A DNA stretch of 52,312 nucleotides from Chiloscyllium plagiosum. Taxonomy: Eukaryota. A program made the position numbers and the translations under genes. A model generated the notes under the pieces. That model did no database searches. It worked only from the letters and a program-made list of their open reading frames with translations, and was not told where the DNA came from. The stretch's first letter is position 1; every line of letters starts with the position of its first letter. Shown piece by piece: positions 47,821-52,312 of this stretch. The stretch lies in the NCBI RefSeq assembly GCF_004010195.1, contig NC_057750.1:6512898-6565209 (forward strand). The letters are read 5' to 3'.

Positions 47821-48309
47821 TGTAGGTCCGTCCAATTTCACCCCCACCCCCTCCCAACACCTTCCACTCTCTCCCTGTACCGTTATTTCCTTCAAGCGCC
47901 CGTCCAATTGGCTTTTGAAAGAACAACACTGATTAGATGGGCGGAGTGGCAAGTGTTGCCTCAGTGATAATGGCCCTGAACTCGTAATCCAGTCAACTTG
48001 GGCAACGGTCCGACGCCATGAGTTCAAATTTGGATTCGGTATGAAAATAAAATTCTGGACTTAAAAGCTGGGCTAAACACGACCACGTAATCGCCATAAC
48101 ATCCCATCTGATTCCCTAATGCCCTTTGTGGGGGAGGGGGCAAGGAATGAAACCGACCACCCTTGCCCTGTCTGACTTACATAACCATATGGTTGTCTCT
48201 GAAATGCACTCTGGGAAATGAGGGATGAATCAATTAAAAAAAAAAATCAGACATCATTTCCACTTTCACCTCGATCTGTAGGCAGGGAGTTCCAGGTCAT
48301 TGCAACTCC

Positions 48310-48750
48310 ATGGTGGCTCAGTGGTTAGCACTGCTACCTCACAGCGCCAGGGACCCAGGTCTGATTCCTGCCCCAGGTGACCTTCTGTGTAGAATTCCCC
48401 CGTTCCTGCATGGGTTTGCTCCAGTTTCCTCCCACAGTCCAACATTCGCAGGTGAGACTGCATTGGCCGTGCTACGTGTCCCCAGCCGTGTGCAGGCTAG
48501 GAGTGTGAGCCATGGGAAATGCAGGGTTATAGGGATAGGCTGGGTTGCTCCTTGTCAGAGGGCCAGTGTGGAATCGATGGGCTTGAATGACCTGCTTCTA
48601 GATTAGAGTGGTGCTGGAAAATCCTGCACCTCGGATGCTGCCTGGCCTGCTGTGCTTTTCCAGCACCACTCTAATCTAGCCTCTGGTTTCCAGCATCCGC
48701 AGTCCTTGTTTTTTACCTGAATGGCCTGCTTCCACACTGTAGGGATTCCT
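48310..48750 (+). mobile_element. Degenerate HE1 SINE interrupted by a fold-back Penelope-like terminus (about 48598-48715)
   Basis: Head tggtggctcagtggttagcactgc; insert tagattagagtggtgctggaaaa...ttttccagcaccactctaatcta. Confidence 0.7.
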
Positions 48751-49279
48751 GATCAAAATCTGAAATCCACTGGGGCCAGGGTTTCAAATCTCACCGTGGA
48801 CAAATGCTGGGAGTTAAACTCCGGTCATAAAAAGACATGGAATTCAAAGGTTGAAATTAAAAAGTAACCTATCTGGTTCTCTCAAGCCCCTTTAAGGACC
48901 GCTGTCCTCACCCACACGCACACAACATGGGTGGCTAGGGAAAATACCAGCACCACTGCAGCTAGGCAGCAGTGTGGGGAAAGAAAACAAAGCAATAAAA
49001 ACAAAACAGAAAAAAAAAGAAAAGAAAAAATTACCAGGAGACGAATATAACCAAGGATTTAGAATTTAAAAAAAAGGACTGTTGTCCTTACCCAGTCGGG
49101 CCTACACATGACTCCAGACCCACGGCGCTGGGGTTAATTCCTAACCGCCCTCTGAAATGGCTGAGTGAGACAGTTCAAGGCCAATTAAGGGCGGCCAATA
49201 AATGCTCCCTGTGCTCATGACCCAGGGAAGAATTAAAATAAAAATGCACTTGAGTATTACTCAAGTTCCAGCAGCTGAA

Positions 49280-49620
49280 AGAGTCGTACAGCACGGAAAC
49301 AGCCCCCCGCCCCGTTCCAGGCCAAACATAATCCCCAAACTAAACTAGTCCCACCTGCCTGCTCCTGGCCCACATCCCTCCAAACCTTTCCCATTCATGG
49401 ACTTATCCAAATGCCTTTCAAATGTTGTAACCGTCCCCGCATCCACCACTTCCTCTGGAAGGTCATTCCACGTGTGAAACACTTCTGTGTCAAAAATTTG
49501 CCCCTCGTGTCTTTTCTAAATCTCTCACCTTAGAAATGTGGCCCCGAGCCTTGGAATTCCTCATCCTAGGGAAAAGCCAGCTGCCTATGTATACCTTGCA
49601 TGATTTTATTAAATTCTATA
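49280..49620 (-). mobile_element. CR1-clade LINE 3' fragment
   Basis: Same family as 2690-3180. Confidence 0.75.
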
Positions 49621-50200
49621 CAGTCGCTTCTCAATCTCCTAAGTATTTTCAATCACCTTACAGCTGCCTCCTCTATTGCAGCTCAGGATTACTCACGATC
49701 ATTTGAATTGAATGAGCTTTATTGTCACGTGCACACGACTGAGCGCAGTGAAAAGTTTCCTATGTTGCCACTTTTGACACCATCTTAGGTACAGTTTACC
49801 TACTATTTGACTCCAAATAGTGCCAGGTTAGTGTCTTTCCTACTATCCATGTCAATGTGCCCTCTCTGAGTGAGTCAATGGGCGCCATATTGGATATCCC
49901 AATCACTTTGGGATGGATTTACCACTGGGGATCGGAGCGGGAAGTGATGGATTCTGACTCTCTGGTCTCCAGACTCTGCTTGCGTCCTCTCAAACATGGT
50001 CAGGATCAGGCTCCGACTTGTCCAAAGTAAATCCACGACGCATCTGCCAATCAGTCGACCTCCAATCAGCAGTTTGTGATAATTTCCGGGATTATTCTCT
50101 TTGCTATTCACAGGCGACAGGAGTTGTGGGGGGAGGGGGCGGGGGTGAGGCGGGGGGGTGGGGGGGTTGCATTTCCCATCAGGATCCCAGCTCCACCGGG

Positions 50201-50441
50201 TCACCTGACGCGCACGCTGCGTCGGCGGAACACGGAGAAGCATCGCAAAGCCCAGCTCAGGTTGAGGTTGGCACACTGCACAACTGGGGTGGCATCGATC
50301 TCAGCAAATAGCGCCCTGTCGCGAGACAAGGTGGAGCCGCCGTCGTTGCCGTCAAAGTCTCGGAGCGTCTCCAAGATGCTCTGGCGGTTTTGGTGGCTGA
50401 TGTCTCCCCGTATGTTCAGCAGGGCCTCGATGTGCTCCTTC
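50201..50441 (-). CDS. EXOC3L2: Last coding exon of an exocyst component 3-like gene (Sec6 family; best match EXOC3L2)
   Basis: Acceptor tctctcgttgatcttacag|G (phase 2), then KEHIEALLNIRGDISHQNRQSILETLRDFDGNDGGSTLSRDRALFAEIDATPVVQCANLNLSWALRCFSVFRRRSVRVR*. HxxALLxIRG is the Sec6 C-terminal motif, and RDRAxFAxI plus a Cys/basic tail matches EXOC3L2 as I recall it. Upstream exons were not found in the window. Confidence 0.85.
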
Positions 50442-50587
50442 CTGTAAGATCAACGAGAGAACAGAATTTTTTTCTCCTGAGCTAGCTTTGTGGTCCGTTC
50501 ATCTCCTCATCGCTGACCTCCAAAGCACACACAAAAAGAAAATCCCTTCCAACAAAGATCGAGTGACATCTGTGCTGGGAGGCTATG

Positions 50588-50920
50588 GGGAGGTGATGGC
50601 CCAGTGGTAATATCACTAGACTATTAATCCAGAGTGTCCTGGTAATCCCCCTGGGACCTGGCTTCAAATCCTGCCATGGCAGATGATGGAATTTGAATCC
50701 AATAAAAATCAGGAATTATGAATCTAATCATGACCATGAAACAATTGTTAGGAAAAACCCATCTGGTTCACTAATGTCCTTTAGGGAAGGAAACTGCCAT
50801 CCTTACCTGGTCTGGCCTACACGTGACTCCAGACCCACAGCAATGGGGTTGACTCTTAATTGCCTTCTGGGCAATAAATGCTGACCCAGCCAGCAACGCC
50901 CTCAACGCGTGAATGAATTT
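50588..50920 (+). mobile_element. tRNA-derived SINE, second family, near full length
   Basis: ggaggtgatggcccagtggtaatatcactagact..gcttcaaatcc head; 3' tail ggcaataaatgctg..ccagcaacgccc shared with the LINE at 33640-34790. Confidence 0.7.
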
Positions 50921-52035
50921 TTTAAAAATCCCTTTGCCAATTGCAATCTGGTTAGTTAAGTTGGCTGCATAGCAAAGCCAACAGTGTGGGCTCAATTCCT
51001 CAACTCCTCAACCTCTCCCCTTACCTGAGGTGTGGGTGACCCTCGGGTTAAACGCACCACCAGTCACCCCTCTCTTGGGGAACTTGTGCCCACCACTCTG
51101 GGACCACGGCAAACGCTTACCATTGCACCTCACGGGCTGGGAGGTAAGTCAGGAGGTTACAGAAAGGGGCTACACAAATGCAAAGTAACTTCCCTCGCTT
51201 TGTGCATGCTGTGTTCACTATCTCGCACTGTGATGCTCTCCAGGTTTGAAGGCGCATCCGTACAAAGATGGCAGCACTCCAGGGAAGGGCAGGGGGAATG
51301 GGAGCTGCTGTTCCATTACTAAAAATAAATCGAATGGATTTTACTTCCCTTGGCAGTGAGGCCATTCACGATGTCAGACTGGGAAATGAGGCTGAGGAAT
51401 TGGAATGGCTTGTTTTGCCTCACACGGTCTGATTTTTATTTTTCGTTGGTAATCAGTGTGGTCTCTGAGACGGGAGATGCTCCTAATTTCACTTCCTACA
51501 CTCAGGGCCTTGCCAAAATCTTCCTTCCTCTGTTGTTGCTATAAGTAAGGACCCGAGACCTCACACAGGAAGACGAAACACTCTCCACAATCCATCAGCA
51601 GTGACACCTGGAACATCAGGATGCTGAGCATTCAGGAAAAATAACAAATTAAGAAACGCCAATTGCTAATGCCCCTCCCTTGGCACCTTCTCTCTGCCAA
51701 GAACCTCGTGATAGGAATAGCAGAGAATATTTTTACAAATGTTTAGTGTCGCTTGGCATCAGACTCTGAGTGCACTCGGGAGTTTACTCAAGTTCAGGAA
51801 GATTTTGTCAGCTTCAAGTACTTCCCATTGTTTGCACATTGTCCAGGGCTAGAGGAAGGATTTGGATTATTCTAATACTGCAGCGGACAAATATTGGCAA
51901 CCCATCAAATGAATTCCAAAGCTCTGCCCCCAGCCCCTCCTCCCTGACTCCAGTTGCTGAATGCTCTGGGATGAGACATGGGGGTCACTGATGTTACAAC
52001 AGCTCAGTTCGTACACTGCAGGGAGTTTTGGTGGG

Positions 52036-52312
52036 GGTGTGTGTGGGTATATCTGTGTGTGTGTGTGTGCGCATGTGTGTGTACATATATCTGTGTGTGT
52101 GGGGACATATCTCTGTGTGTGTGTACATATATCTGTGTGTGTGTGCATGTGTGTGTGGATATATCTGTGTGTGTGTGTGTGTGTGAGAGAGTGTGTGTGT
52201 GGGTATATCTGTGTGTGTGTGTACATATATCTGTGTGTGTGTGAGAGAGAGTGAGTGTGTGGGTATATCTCTGTGTGTGTGTACATATATCTGTGTGTGT
52301 GTGAGAGAGAGT
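52036..52312. repeat. Complex (TG)n / TATATC microsatellite-minisatellite
   Basis: Repeated (gt)n-acatatatct / gggtatatct units to the window end. Confidence 0.9.

Noticed and set aside
50076..50447. Plus-strand 123-aa ORF
   Set aside because: It is the antisense shadow of the minus-strand EXOC3L2-like exon.
1..52312. A rearranging VLR-type locus with flanking LRR donor cassettes
   Set aside because: The LRR ORF is complete in genomic DNA, and I saw no separate LRR cassettes in the sequenced parts or the ORF track. About 2.8 kb of gaps and sequence outside the window are unexamined.

Overview
Eukaryotic, repeat-dense vertebrate DNA. The repeat content (HE1/V-SINEs, HER1/CR1-type LINEs, Penelope-like elements) points to a cartilaginous fish, probably a shark. 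There are four assembly gaps. Only two convincing host coding regions were found. (1) A single-exon 696-aa ORF at 17095-19185 (+) encodes a signal peptide, LRRNT, 23 typical LRRs, an LRRCT and a probable GPI-anchor signal. Its C-terminal cap (NPWACDCPSILYLSHWL...HPKVV...CSSDRSPVVAVRKAFPSVPSQC) resembles the LRRCT of jawless-fish variable lymphocyte receptors (VLRs) as I recall it, more than generic LRRCTs. This is the most interesting feature and needs alignment and phylogenetic checking. (2) The last coding exon of an EXOC3L2-like gene lies at 50201-50441 (-) and is missed by the ORF track. The rest is mostly transposable-element debris. Notable structures there are a 53-bp unit inside HE1 SINEs expanded into minisatellites (up to about 43 copies), minimal hammerhead-ribozyme motifs in three Penelope-like families, fold-back Penelope termini and nested insertions. 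Repeat boundaries are approximate (read by eye).
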